Assembly (NCBI RefSeq): GCF_001194135.2
Contig: NC_068984.1
Span: 114,481,045 to 114,539,624, forward strand
From: Octopus bimaculoides
Taxonomy: Eukaryota
Direction: 5' to 3'
Length of the DNA: 58,580 nucleotides
Below the pieces are notes generated by a model. The model ran no database searches, was not told the origin of the DNA, and saw only the letters and a list, made by a program, of their open reading frames with translations. Position 1 is the first letter of the stretch; every line of letters begins with the position of its first letter. Shown here in pieces: positions 27,207 to 39,051 of the stretch. The translations under genes and the position numbers were made by a program.

Positions 27207-27863
27207 TAGATATATGCATACTTATAATAAATATATACAAATGCGGAAACAACTAAACTAGTAATAGAACATGATATAAAGCAGGAGATGATTTTGAAAC
27301 AAACATAGGATTTGGTTTCTATGGCAGCTGATAATAAAATCAAGGTCATCTATTAATAAGATATTATGTCTAAAAATCAGAATTTCAATGAAATTCCACT
27401 GCTGCAATTAAAACATTTATGTATTTAATCATGAATGTAATTGGTTACACTTAATTCATGGTTTTCTTTCCCTCCCCTTTAACTAACAAGTAGAATGGAT
27501 ACAAATGGATATGAACTATTAATAGAAATATTCACTGTTTATGCACATATGTGTATTTCATATCTACAATAACCTTGAAAACATGATGGCTACTAACTGC
27601 TAAATATTTCATTTATTTTATTTTATTTTATCTTTTTATGGGGAGGTGGGGATCAATATCTAGTTTATCAAGCAGAGCTTCAATTATAGTAATATCTGAC
27701 AGTTTACTAATGTTACCCACCACAACACTCCACCACAACCACTCCCACCTTCTTGCTCATACAGGAATTTCCCCTTGCTTTCTTCAATTTTTTGCCAGAA
27801 ACAAAAAGATTAGAAATAATGCTGCCAGCTGAACATTATTGCACATAATGAACAGAAAAGTTA

Positions 27864-27896
<33 letters not shown>

Positions 27897-28528
27897 AGTG
27901 ATGATAACAGCAAATGCTACATGGTGTGAAGTCTTACATTTTAAAACTACATTTGATTAATTGAAGCACTTTCAATCATTTTAAAATCTTGGGAGTACGT
28001 ACTGGCTTCATTACTTATGTGTGGATCAGAATTTGATTTCTTTTGATTCAAACAAAATCTGTCTGATAAATTATGCATAACATCCAAAAGAGACAAACTG
28101 AATGGAAACAACAGGCTGAGAAAATATTACGGGGGGGGNNNNNNNNNNGGGGGGGGGGGGGATGGAGCAAAGGCTTAGAAGCTCTGAGAATTAATGTGAA
28201 AATTTTAATATCATTACATAACAACAGTGGGGATGGATGTAGGTCAAAGAAGTACGGCACAATCTAAATTTCAAATGAGAGAAGACTGAAATCAAAAACA
28301 AAAGGGCAATGAAAGAAAACCACCTGACTTATATCGACATAAAAGAAAAACGAATTTTATGTAAAATTTGCAATCACAATAAGAAAGCGGTGAACCTAGA
28401 AAGGTCTGTTTTTTTTTGTGAGGGAACTACTGGAAAAGAGAATTTATGTATTTATTTATTTCACAACCATAAATCCTGTAGCTCCTGTTTATATAGTGTT
28501 ATAAATAAGAGGTAACATTACATATTAC

Positions 28529-28567
28529 CTGCTGCAGGTGGCTTCACAAAATTCAGGCGCTTTGTAT
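28529..28567 (-). CDS. RANBP9: Candidate alternative 39-nt cassette exon adding DTKRLNFVKPPAA within the SPRY domain
   Basis: ctacttgctgtatttaaaaatag|AT ACA AAG CGC CTG AAT TTT GTG AAG CCA CCT GCA GCA G|GTAATA. It is 39 nt, phase 1-1 like the host intron, stop-free and more GC-rich than its flanks. No transcript evidence available. Confidence 0.55.
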
Positions 28568-28949
28568 CTATTTTTAAATACAGCAAGTAGAAACTAATAC
28601 CTTAAAGATACAATAAAAAAAACTAACTACATCAACCATTTTTTTCTTTCTTTTTTTAAAACTTTTATGAACAGAAGATTTACTTCTTGAAGAAGAAAAA
28701 ATACAGTTTGCATGTTGGTTATGGTTGACAGAAATGTTGAATATAATAAAATAGACTCCTGTGCAACACGTCCAACAGATTTTCATTTTTTAATTGAAAA
28801 TTAGCCAGAAAATATTTTATTTCCTTTTCTTTTATTTGCAAATAATAAATAAAATATAGATGTGGTGATGTGGTTANNNNNNNNNNAGAAAATATTTTAT
28901 TTCCTTTTCTTTTATTTGCAAATAATAAATAAAATATAGATGTGGTGAT

Positions 28950-29089
28950 GTGGTTAAGATGCTTGCATCTCAACCATGTGGTCTTGGGTTCAATCCCAGA
29001 TCATGGAACCTTGGGTAAGTGTCTTCTACTGAAGTCCTAGACTGACCAAAGCCATGTGAGTGAATTTGGTGGAACAAAACTGAAAGAAG

Positions 29090-29132
<43 letters not shown>

Positions 29133-29360
29133 TCTGCTCTGCTCATGTGTGTGCATGCGTGTAAGTCTTTGTGCTTGACCTATACCACTGCTTGACGACT
29201 GGTGCTGTTTGTTTACAACCCCCATAACTTAGAGATTCAGTAAAAGACATTGATGAAAAAAATAAAATGTACTGAGGTTGATTTATTCAACAAAATCTTT
29301 CAAAGCAGTGCCCAAGCATGGCCACAATCCAATGATTGAAACAAGCAAAAGATAAAAAGG
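28950..29360 (+). mobile_element. SINE family 1, diverged full-length copy
   Basis: tgtggttaagatgcttgc...ggttcaatccca... (TG)n ...caagcatggccacaatccaatgattgaaacaag. Confidence 0.75.
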
Positions 29361-29490
29361 TGCCACTTTATCATGTGGTCTACCTAACCATTTACACTTT
29401 AACATGCTGTTTAACCTAACCTTTAACCCTAACACTAACCCAGATCAGGTCACTTCACAGCGTAGACTTCAGATACTGTGGTAGATCACA

Positions 29491-29862
29491 TCTCTTTTAC
29501 TCGTTTCAGTCATTTGACTGCGGCCATGCTGGAGCACCGTCTTTAGTTGAGCAAATCGACCCCAGGACTTTTTCTTTGTAAGCCTAGTACTTATTCTATC
29601 GGTCTCTTTTGCCGAACCGCTAAGTTACGTGGACGTAAACACACCAGCATTGGTTGTCAAGTGATGGTGGGAGGACAAACACAGACACACATATATACAA
29701 CAGGCTTCTTTCAGTTTTCGTCTACCAAATCCACTCACAAGGCTTTGGTCGGCCCGAGGCTATAGTAGAAGACACTTGCCCAAGATGCCACGCAGTGGGA
29801 CTGAACCCGGGACCATGTGGTTGGCAAGCAAGCTACTTACCACACAGCCACCCCTGCGCCTA
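29491..29862 (-). mobile_element. SINE family 1, young full-length copy
   Basis: Reverse complement of the 15028-15462 type, from tctcttttactcgtttcagtcatttgactgcggcc to ...cctgcgccta. Confidence 0.88.
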
Positions 29863-30299
29863 TGCTAAAGTAACATTTAAGAGGTAGAATGCTATTTTAA
29901 AGATAAATATACAAATACACAACTTTATTGAATTAATGTTTGGTCAAATTTAAGTTTATTTAATAGGTATTGTGAATTTTAATGAATAAGCTTACCCTAA
30001 TTTATACATGCTGATCATGACCTTGATGAAGAAAGACATTAGCTAAATGGTGCTGAGACAATTTGTCAACAGTCACTTCCTTGCTGATCAATTTGTCAGT
30101 CAATTCAATGCTCAGACAACTTGGCACCATGCCAATTCATCATTGGTCAATTCATAGTGAATAACCAAGTCAGAATGTCAGTAGGTCATTTAAATGTTAT
30201 TCTGGTTCCAGTTTGTAATATTTGCTTTTGGTTCAAATGTTACTGCTATCAAGAAAACATCTACCATACAACCATGAGCCAGTACTTCATAAGAACTCT

Positions 30300-30620
30300 C
30301 ACATATAACCCTAGATATTGGGTCTCAGTATCACCAAGGATTGCTTCTAGCTGAAACCCAGCCTTTACATAACTTGGACTGCATCCAAACAACTGGCCCT
30401 TCTCTTCAAAGTCAGTAAATATTTCAATCCCCAACAATTATTGATATTCTGCAAAGCTCAAGTGAAGTCCACAATGAAGTATATTCTTTCTGTATCTGGG
30501 ATGGTGCTGCTGCTACATTTACAGATGTCCTAGAACTGCACCCAGAAAAGGAACACCCAACTGATTGGCATAAAGTCACTTAGAGACAGTCCTGTATCCT
30601 ACACATACAAAGCTCTTAAG
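30300..30620 (+). mobile_element. Decayed CR1/L2/Jockey-group LINE fragment
   Basis: Reads ILGLSITKD...ASKQLALLF..SKYFNPQQLLIFCKAQVKSTMKY across frameshifts, matching the ILG..I...L.W / LL.LYKAQVR..MEY motif pattern. Confidence 0.6.
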
Positions 30621-33249
30621 CTCGATTTTGAAGGAAAGACCTTTATCTCTAATTCAGACTTAATTACTATTCCACACTCCCTAAACATTACACAAAACTA
30701 TACAGCTATGAGATCAGTTACACACATTAGAAATTGGTGCGCACACATGTGTGAGTACCATACAGTAAAGGTTTAGTTTCTGGTGGAGTAACACTGGGGT
30801 ATAGTTACAATTGCCAGTTGGTGCCTGTTTTACTTCATATAGGCAGCTCATCCCACCAGAAAGCACACAGACCTCTTAACTTCCATTTTCCCCCATCTCA
30901 CTGAAGACAATGAAATTGATCATCATTGATACATTCCTCGGAGGATGAAACATCAAAACAACTGAATTTTATTCTGTACTGGAGCAAAAGTTAAATTTAT
31001 ATTTATCCTTCATCCTTTTTGTATGCGTGCATGTATGTGAGTGTGTGAATGCATACATGTGTGTGTGTCTGCGTGTGATAGAAGAGAGTAGTTACCATAT
31101 CTTTAAAAGCACAGGACTAAAAAGTCAAATGTCACTAGATCAAAGTCTACCACTGAAACTATGTTGATGTAATGGAAGCTATGCTGTCCAGTTAATCATT
31201 CCAGCTAAAAATAAATAAACGTATAAAAGATTCAGAATGGAAACAGAAACCGACTCACAGTCAACTCCTGGCCATTATCTTGCTTGTTAGAGATAAACAA
31301 CAACAAAATGACAAGGGTGGAGTGAGGGGTGGGGGTAAATTGCCAATGACATTAACAATGTATGTGAAGGTGAACAAACCCAACCAGAAATTGTTATAAT
31401 GTCACTGGACTTAGTTGTCTGATAATACACTGCAACATACACAGTGGGTTAACAATAAATAATAATAATACTGATAATAGTCAGACACAAGATAACAAGT
31501 GCTGTGAAGGAAGCCATACAGTCAATTAAATTGACTCATTACTGGTAGTCATTTTCATGACATCCTGAAGCATGAAAAGCAAAGTTGATCCGAGTAGAAT
31601 TTTCAGTCAGAATTTAAAAGACAAAGAATTTTTCTTACAGTACTTTGCTGAAGACATGGCTACCTCTATAGTGCTGGTTCCACGATAAAATACACATGGT
31701 ATGCTCTGTAAAGTGGTTGGTTGGAAGGGTGTAAGCCATAGAAACCATGTCAAATAAGGAACACATAAGTGAGGTGTGGCTCTCCAATAGCAATAACTCA
31801 AAATAAGAACACACAGTGGTGACATGTTCAGCCCTTACCAGTATGGATACTGAATGTAAAATGATTTAATTCCTCTTGGGGCTCTAATGATTCTGCAATC
31901 TACTGCACTTCTAGTCATTATGATTCCCTTGTGGACAACTTGATTAGCTATACAGGTGACTAGGCCATATCTTACTCTGCCAGATATTTTAAGCCTCTCA
32001 ACTGAAAATGGACATCCATGCTGGTGTCATATAAAGAGCACCTGTGCTGGTGCCACATAAAAAGCTCCCAATACACTCCGTAGAGTAGCTGGTGTTAGGA
32101 AGGGCATCTAATGTAGAAACCAAGCCAAAACAGACAACTGGAACCTGGTGCAGCTCTCCAGCTCTAGCCAAACTGTCCAATACATGCCAGCATGGAAAAG
32201 CAGACATTAAATGATGATGATGATGATATATATTAGGCAAGAGGAGAAAAACTTAGGAGAACTAGGTTTGTTGGTAGAACAAAGATCCAAAATTCAATAG
32301 TGTAAACAATATTAAGAGAAGTATTTGTCACTTTCTGAGACTAAGAAATCTTAACTTTATAGACAGAAGACCAATATGTACAATGTAAAATACTAAGCTA
32401 ATCCATAAGAATTATAAATGCTGCTATGATACAGCATGTTCCATATGAGCAAAGACAGAGGATGAAAGCCACTACAATGCTGAATAAAAGATGAAGACAA
32501 ATATGTACAATACTTTGGCTTTGATAAAACCTTATAATGAAATGAAAAATCTAGATTGAAATGTTAACTGCAAACAATAGCAAAACTGTTATGACATGTG
32601 CAAAACTGTACAGTATAACTGCGGGCAGAGTATGATATTCAAATCAATAAACTTTTGACAGTCTAAAAGCTCTCAATCTTTAATTAAACTACAAGATCTC
32701 CATTGGAAATAAACCAAATTATAAAACACAAAAGACTTGATATTACAATTTTCAACATAGACATTAAATGAATAGAACTCCAGAACTTGTCCACCTACTC
32801 AGAATTTAGGTTTAGATGTTTCAAGAATGTGGAAAAGAGCTAGTACAATGACGAGAGGCTGTTGTTGCACTGCACTCAGTCCTTGAGAAGTTGCCATTTT
32901 AAACTGCAAAACTAAAAATACAATCAGTAAACTTTAGAAATCCATATTAAAAACGAACCACAAATAACTGAAAGAAAATTGCACACTGTCTGAAGCCGAC
33001 ACATCTGAAATATTTGTTTTAATTTTGCTTCCAGTGATCAAGGCCAACAACCATGTATAGTGACAACAGAAAAGAAACACAACAAAGACAACATAGCAAC
33101 ATAGAATATAAAAAAATTAATAACAATGATACACACAAAACTATTTCTGAAAAATGATATTCAATTCTCTTTTCCCCAAACCGCCCTCTGTTGAATGATT
33201 AACAATAATGTTGAAAATGATTTAAAGTGATAGGTTGATATGTAGACAT

Positions 33250-33431
33250 ACGTATATACAAACAGACAGGCAGACAAGCAGACACGCAGACAGACGGACG
33301 GACGGACGGACGGCCGGCCGGATAGATGGATGGATGGATGGATCACTAGATAGATTGATATATAGACATACACACAAACAGACAAGCAGACAGACAGGCA
33401 GATGGTTGGATGGATGATGGATGGATGGATG

Positions 33432-33503
<72 letters not shown>

Positions 33504-33591
33504 TATATATATAGATAGATAGATCGATAGATGGATGGATGGATTGATGGATCACTACATAAACTGATAGAAAGATAGATGGATAGATAGA
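33250..33591 (+). repeat. Compound tetranucleotide microsatellite (GACA/GACG/GATG/GATA)
   Basis: Successive arrays visible directly; ends at an N-gap. Confidence 0.9.
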
Positions 33592-34469
33592 NNNNNNNNN
33601 NGGGGAAATATTAGCTTGTCTAGAAACAGCTGGAGAGGAAGGACATCCAGCCATAGAAAATCCTACCTCAATAAACTCCATCTAACCCATGCAAGTACAG
33701 GAAAAAGGACACTAAAACAACGATGATGATGATGATTTTTATGTAATTCATACAGAGAAAGAAAATATCCAGAACAGAATACTACTGCCTGGTATTTTAT
33801 TGCTTTGTATTTTTGTCATTTTTTAAAGTTGTTGTTGTTGTCGTCCATATTAGCCAGAACACAAAGTTATTCAAGTACAACAAACAAAGTTAAGTTTCAT
33901 CAGCATGTATTTATAGAAACACATAGTCCAATAGTATAACTGCTTAAGAAGAGAAAGAAAAAAAACTAAACTTAAGAAAACAAAAGGCAAATGACTTCAT
34001 CCTGTCAACAAGAATGACGAAATAAATGATTCAAGTGGAAACCCACCTTTCCTGATAGTTACTATGATTAATACAATAGTAACATTTAAAAAAGCTAAAA
34101 AGTATTTTCTTTGTGTTTATTATTTTGTAGTATCTTTTTTTTCACGATTTTCTCTCCCAGTATGCTTATTTACTTACATAATATACATACGTGAACATGT
34201 TTACCTTATGTATATAAACCAATAGGTATGTGCACATGAGTGTGTGTGTGTATAAATAGACAGACAGACAGATATATACACATCAATCATAGTTTTTACA
34301 GCCAAATTTTTTACAGATCACACTGTAATTATGTAAATCACATACATTGCATACACACACACACACACAGATGTGTGTGTATGTGTGTGTGTGAATGTGT
34401 GTGTGTGTATGTGTGTGAGCATGCTTATGATTTTATCTAATTAAATACATAACGAAACTGTGAATCTGA

Positions 34470-34506
<37 letters not shown>

Positions 34507-35213
34507 ATTTGCCTTATTGGGTCATAGGTGATAAAACCACCTATCCCAACAAATTATTCTGGTGAGGAAGGCTGTTAGAAACCCAGAAGGACAAAAGCAA
34601 AACCTGTAGAAAGCACAGCTTTCAATAACTCCCAAGCAATAGTGCATGGGACACTGAAACGCCCCTATAAGAGTACTTTAGGAGTGGCTAAACCCCTTAC
34701 TTCTAATCAGAACATCTGTCTAGAAAGAGAGTAAATAGAGCTTCTTAACTGGGGATGGGGAAATCTATCTACATTACTCTGCTGTTTTCTAAGTGTATCC
34801 AGAAAGACAACAGTCAGATAAGATCATTATTTTTTATGAAAAAAAAAAAGGGGTCAAGGCAGTCAGCTTTAACCATTTAACATTTAACTCTTCAGTGTTT
34901 GGATTAATCTGCCAAATGTAACACTTATGCATTCACATTGTTTCGAATTAATCATGCATTCTCTTATAGCTTTGGGGTTTGGATGTTGTGATTGTTTATT
35001 TTTAGAATTACATTGTAGGGTAGGTATGAGATGCCAGATATGACTGGTTTGAACGTAAAACACGTAAAATATTTAGGCCGGATATGACCGGTTTAAATGC
35101 TAAAGAGTTAAACTGGCCATACCAAGCACAAATAACCTACCTGATTTACATTTAAATGAGCTTGATCCAGCCTCTCAAACCTACCTTACAATATCAGTCT
35201 AAACGTTAAACAA

Positions 35214-35450
35214 TTCATCATCGTTGTTTAACGTCCGCTTTCCATGCTAGCATGGGTTGGACGATTTGACTGAGGACTGGTGAAACCAGATGGCTACACC
35301 AGGCTCCAATCTGATTTGGCAGAGTTTCTACAGCTGGATGCCCTTCCTAACGCCAACCACTCAGAGAGTGTAGTGGGTGCTTTTATGTGCTACTGGCACG
35401 AAGGCCAGTCAGGCGGTACTGGCAATGGCCATGCTCAAAATGGTGTGAGT
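35214..35450 (-). mobile_element. RTE-tail repeat, young copy
   Basis: tcatcatcgttgtttaacgtccgctttccatgctagcatggg... is the reverse complement of the family 3' end. Confidence 0.85.
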
Positions 35451-35677
35451 CACCAAAATTGTGAGGCTATGAGATAATGAACAATTAATTCAAAACAATG
35501 CTAATAAATAAAAATTCCATTTGATAGAGTAAACCAAATGCTAAAGGATTCAGGTGGCTTGCAGCAAACTCTTATGGCTAGGAGGAAACACCAGCTGTTT
35601 TGGGACTTCTATGTCAGTGGATCTATCTCCTTCACAGTAAAGACAATGATACTGGGAAATGCACATCCCCCAACACT

Positions 35678-35883
35678 ACTCTTTTACTTGTTTCAGTCAT
35701 TTGACTGCGGCCATGCTGGAGCACCACCTTTAGTCGAGCAAATCGGCCCCAAGACTTATTCTTTGTAAGCCTAGTACTTATTTTATCGTTCTTTTTTGCC
35801 GAACCGCTAGGTTACAGGGACGTAAACACCAGCATCGGTTGTCAAGCGATGTTGGGGGGACAAACACAGACACACAAACATAT

Positions 35884-35920
<37 letters not shown>

Positions 35921-36082
35921 ACGGGCTTCTTTCAGTTTCCGTCTACCAAATTCACTCACAAGGCTTTGGTCGGCCTGAGGCTATAGTAGAAGACACTTGC
36001 CCAAGGTGCCATGCAGTGGGACTGAACCCAGAACCATGTGGTTGGTAAGCAAGCTACTTACCACAAAGCCACTCCTACGCCA
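35678..36082 (-). mobile_element. SINE family 1, young full-length copy
   Basis: High similarity to 29491-29862; ends gccactcctacgcc. Confidence 0.88.
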
Positions 36083-36354
36083 AGAGTTTTATTGTAAAAG
36101 TAACTTGCGTTGTGGATCATGGATCTCAGGAGTAGACACCACTGTGGTAGCAGACTGAGGATCATGTATGTCTATGACAACAAACTACAATTCCTGTAGC
36201 TTGTTCAATTGTGAGGTCATAAGGTTGGTGTAGCCTATACCTATAGCATTCCAGTTGTCCACATCTTCCATTGCCACTACTCTTTAGTACAGTCTTTAAA
36301 GGATACACATTGACGGAGAAGATGATCATCAAATTTTACTGACAACTAGGCGCA

Positions 36355-37292
36355 GGTATGGTTGTGTGTTAAGAAGTTTGCTTCCCAACCATATAGCTGT
36401 GGGTTCAATCCTACCACGTGGTACTTTGGGTATGTCTTCTACTATAGTCTTGGGCTTATAAGCGGATTTAGTAGATGGAAACTAAAAGTGTGTGCGTGTG
36501 TGTGTGTATGTATTCGTCCACCACCACCACCACCACCACCACCACCACCACCACAACAACAGCAACAACTACTACTACTAATGTTGATTCGTAACTTAGC
36601 AGTNNNNNNNNNNTATGTATTCGTCCACCACCACCACCACCACAACAACAGCAACAACTACTACTACTAATGTTGATTCGTAACTTAGCAGTTCAGCAAA
36701 AGTTACTAATGAAATAAGTGCCAAGCTTAAAAAATAAGTACTGAGGTCAATTTGTTTGACTGAATCCTTCAAGTCAGTGCCCCAGCATGGTCGTAGTCCA
36801 ATGACTGAAACAAGGAGAAGATAACTGTAAACACGCACTGACACACATAAGTATACATGCATATAGGCTTTCTTTTATTTGCTTCAGTCATTTGACTGCA
36901 GCCATGCTGGAGCACTGCCTTAAAGGGTTTTTAGTCAAAGAAATCAACACCAAGACTTATTCTTTCTAAGCCTAGTACTTATCTATTGGTCTCTTTTACC
37001 AAAGCCTTTTACCAAACTACTAAATTACAGGGACACAGACATGCCAACATCAGTTGTCAAGTGATATGTATATATCTGGAGCGAACACGTTACAATGAAG
37101 TAGAGAAATTTGAAAAGACAACACGAAACCGGTTATTTCTCAAAATACAATGTTTATATACCAAAAAGATTTTCTAACATTTTTCTAACATTTTTCTGAC
37201 ATAATTTAACCATGTAACACAAGCCTTCTGTAGTTTTTTCACTCTTATCTTTTATACATCCAACCACGTGCTTTCACATACCAACTTTCTCA

Positions 37293-37350
<58 letters not shown>

Positions 37351-37510
37351 TACGATAAGCTTCCTTCAGTTTCTGGCTACCAAATCCACTCACAAGGATT
37401 TGGCCAGCCTGAGGCTATAGTAGAGGACACTTGCCCAAGGTACCACACAGTAGGACAACCTAGAATCATGTGGTTGAGAAGCAAGCTTCTTACCACACAG
37501 TCACATCTGG
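36355..37510. mobile_element. Cluster of SINE family 1 copies: + copy ~36355-36815, then - copy ~36865-37510 split by other sequence
   Basis: Head and tail motifs recognisable in both orientations. Boundaries approximate. Confidence 0.7.
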
Positions 37511-37829
37511 GCATGTGAAATTCTGAAGTTGTACATGTCCATCAACTAACTTGATCTGAGACATTAATGTCGAAACTGAAGTAATTACATCACAGAAGAG
37601 AGATTTCAATTATTTATATAACCAACAAAAACTATTAATTTCACAATTCAGTTCCCATTTATTTTTGAACTATCAAAACCTTCTTCGCCCAACTGTGACC
37701 TGGTCGCTGACAGTTCCACTGTTGATCATAAAAAGTGAATTTACCAGCTTTTGTAGACTTTTAAATAGCTAGAATGGCTCTTTCATTATGTAATCATTAC
37801 CTGAGCATGATTTTATTACATCATCATTA

Positions 37830-38057
37830 TTAACCCTTTAACATCCAGATTAATTTGTCAAATGTGTTGCTTTTTTATTCTCATTGTTTGGAATTAATTA
37901 TGCATTATCTTGTACCTTTGAGATTTCAATTACAGGATTGTTTACTTTTAGCATGACATAAGAGGGTAGATGTAAGAGACAATATTTGACCAGTTTGAAC
38001 ATAAAACAAATAGAATATTTTGGCTGGATATGGCCAGTTTAAATGCTAAAGGGTTAA
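37830..38057. mobile_element. TTAA-flanked (piggyBac-like) MITE family A; other copies ~7050-7271, 34884-35111, 55009-55273
   Basis: TTAA-CCCTTTAACAT ... AATGCTAAAGGG-TTAA termini and a shared ~220-260 nt body (cagattactttgtcaaatg...ttcacattgttttgaatt). Confidence 0.78.
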
Positions 38058-38083
38058 ATTCGCAACAGATTTCTCTCACTTAC

Positions 38084-38251
38084 CTAAATTCACTCCATTT
38101 TTTGTATAGAAGCAAGTATTTTCAATCAAGTTTACACAGCATCCAATGACATCTCCAGTAGTAAATGTTGGTCCGTAGGGTTGGCCGGTTCCAGAAGAAC
38201 AAAAAGAATTCCCATCATCTCCATGATAACCATAGGAATTTTTATCCCAAC
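38084..38251 (-). CDS. RANBP9: RanBPM exon, 168 nt, (G)[55 protein letters not shown](G), SPRY core
   Basis: ctctttcag|GT TGG GAT ... AAT TTA G|GTAAGT; open frame and phase 1 at both ends. Confidence 0.98.
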
Positions 38252-39006
38252 CTGAAAGAGAGCAAAAGCGGCAACTTAATAAAAAGCATTTATTTCAATC
38301 TTTATTTGGACATCTCATCCACTGTCATCATTCACCATCATTACTTTAACATTCACTTTTCCATGCTCACATGGGTCAAATGGAATTTTGTTGGGGACTT
38401 TCCACAGTTAGATGCTCTTCCTGTTGCTAAACCTAACCTGTTTCCAAGTACGGTAACTTTTCTCCATGACCAGGCATGTTTACACAGAATATTGGGAATG
38501 AAGGATATTGCTTGCTTGGTGGACACATTTGTTTACAACTACCACACACTGGAGACAGTAACATGTGCACATACATACATATATATACACACATATATAT
38601 ATATATATATATCATTGCTATTATGCAAAAGTGTCATCAGTTCAAAATGTTGCTTTTTCAGAAAATGAAATAAAAGTTTCACCATTCCATTTCTTATTAC
38701 ATTAGCAACAGCTTCAGCTTAACAATAATATTTTGTTGGGTGGATAAAATCGTAACTCCATGAATGTATGATATTTTCAATCAGAAATATTTTTGCAAAA
38801 CTGTCATATGTGGGACTTACTACACTTTTGAAAAATGCTAAACCGTTGTACTACACTTCGACAATTTTCATATCTTGGCATCTAAAGCAGTTGGAGACAT
38901 GATAGTTTGACCAAAAGAACCGGTGATTGCAAGCAAAATTAAATACTGGAAAAAAAAAAATGCAGTTGGCCAAATTTATATATAAGATAGTTTAACATAA
39001 TAACAA

Positions 39007-39046
<40 letters not shown>

Positions 39047-39051
<5 letters not shown>

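Noticed and set aside
27760-27830. Donor-like CCT|GTATGAG with a purine-rich upstream stretch on the minus strand
   Set aside because: No adjacent AG acceptor giving a plausible stop-free, frame-preserving exon.
28807-28957. ~70-bp direct repeat flanking a 10-N gap (same pattern at ~36500-36690)
   Set aside because: Typical unmerged contig overlap; most likely an assembly artefact rather than a real duplication.
38165-38668. 167-aa plus-strand ORF
   Set aside because: Antisense to the 168-nt RanBPM exon plus repeat and microsatellite sequence; no recognisable protein.
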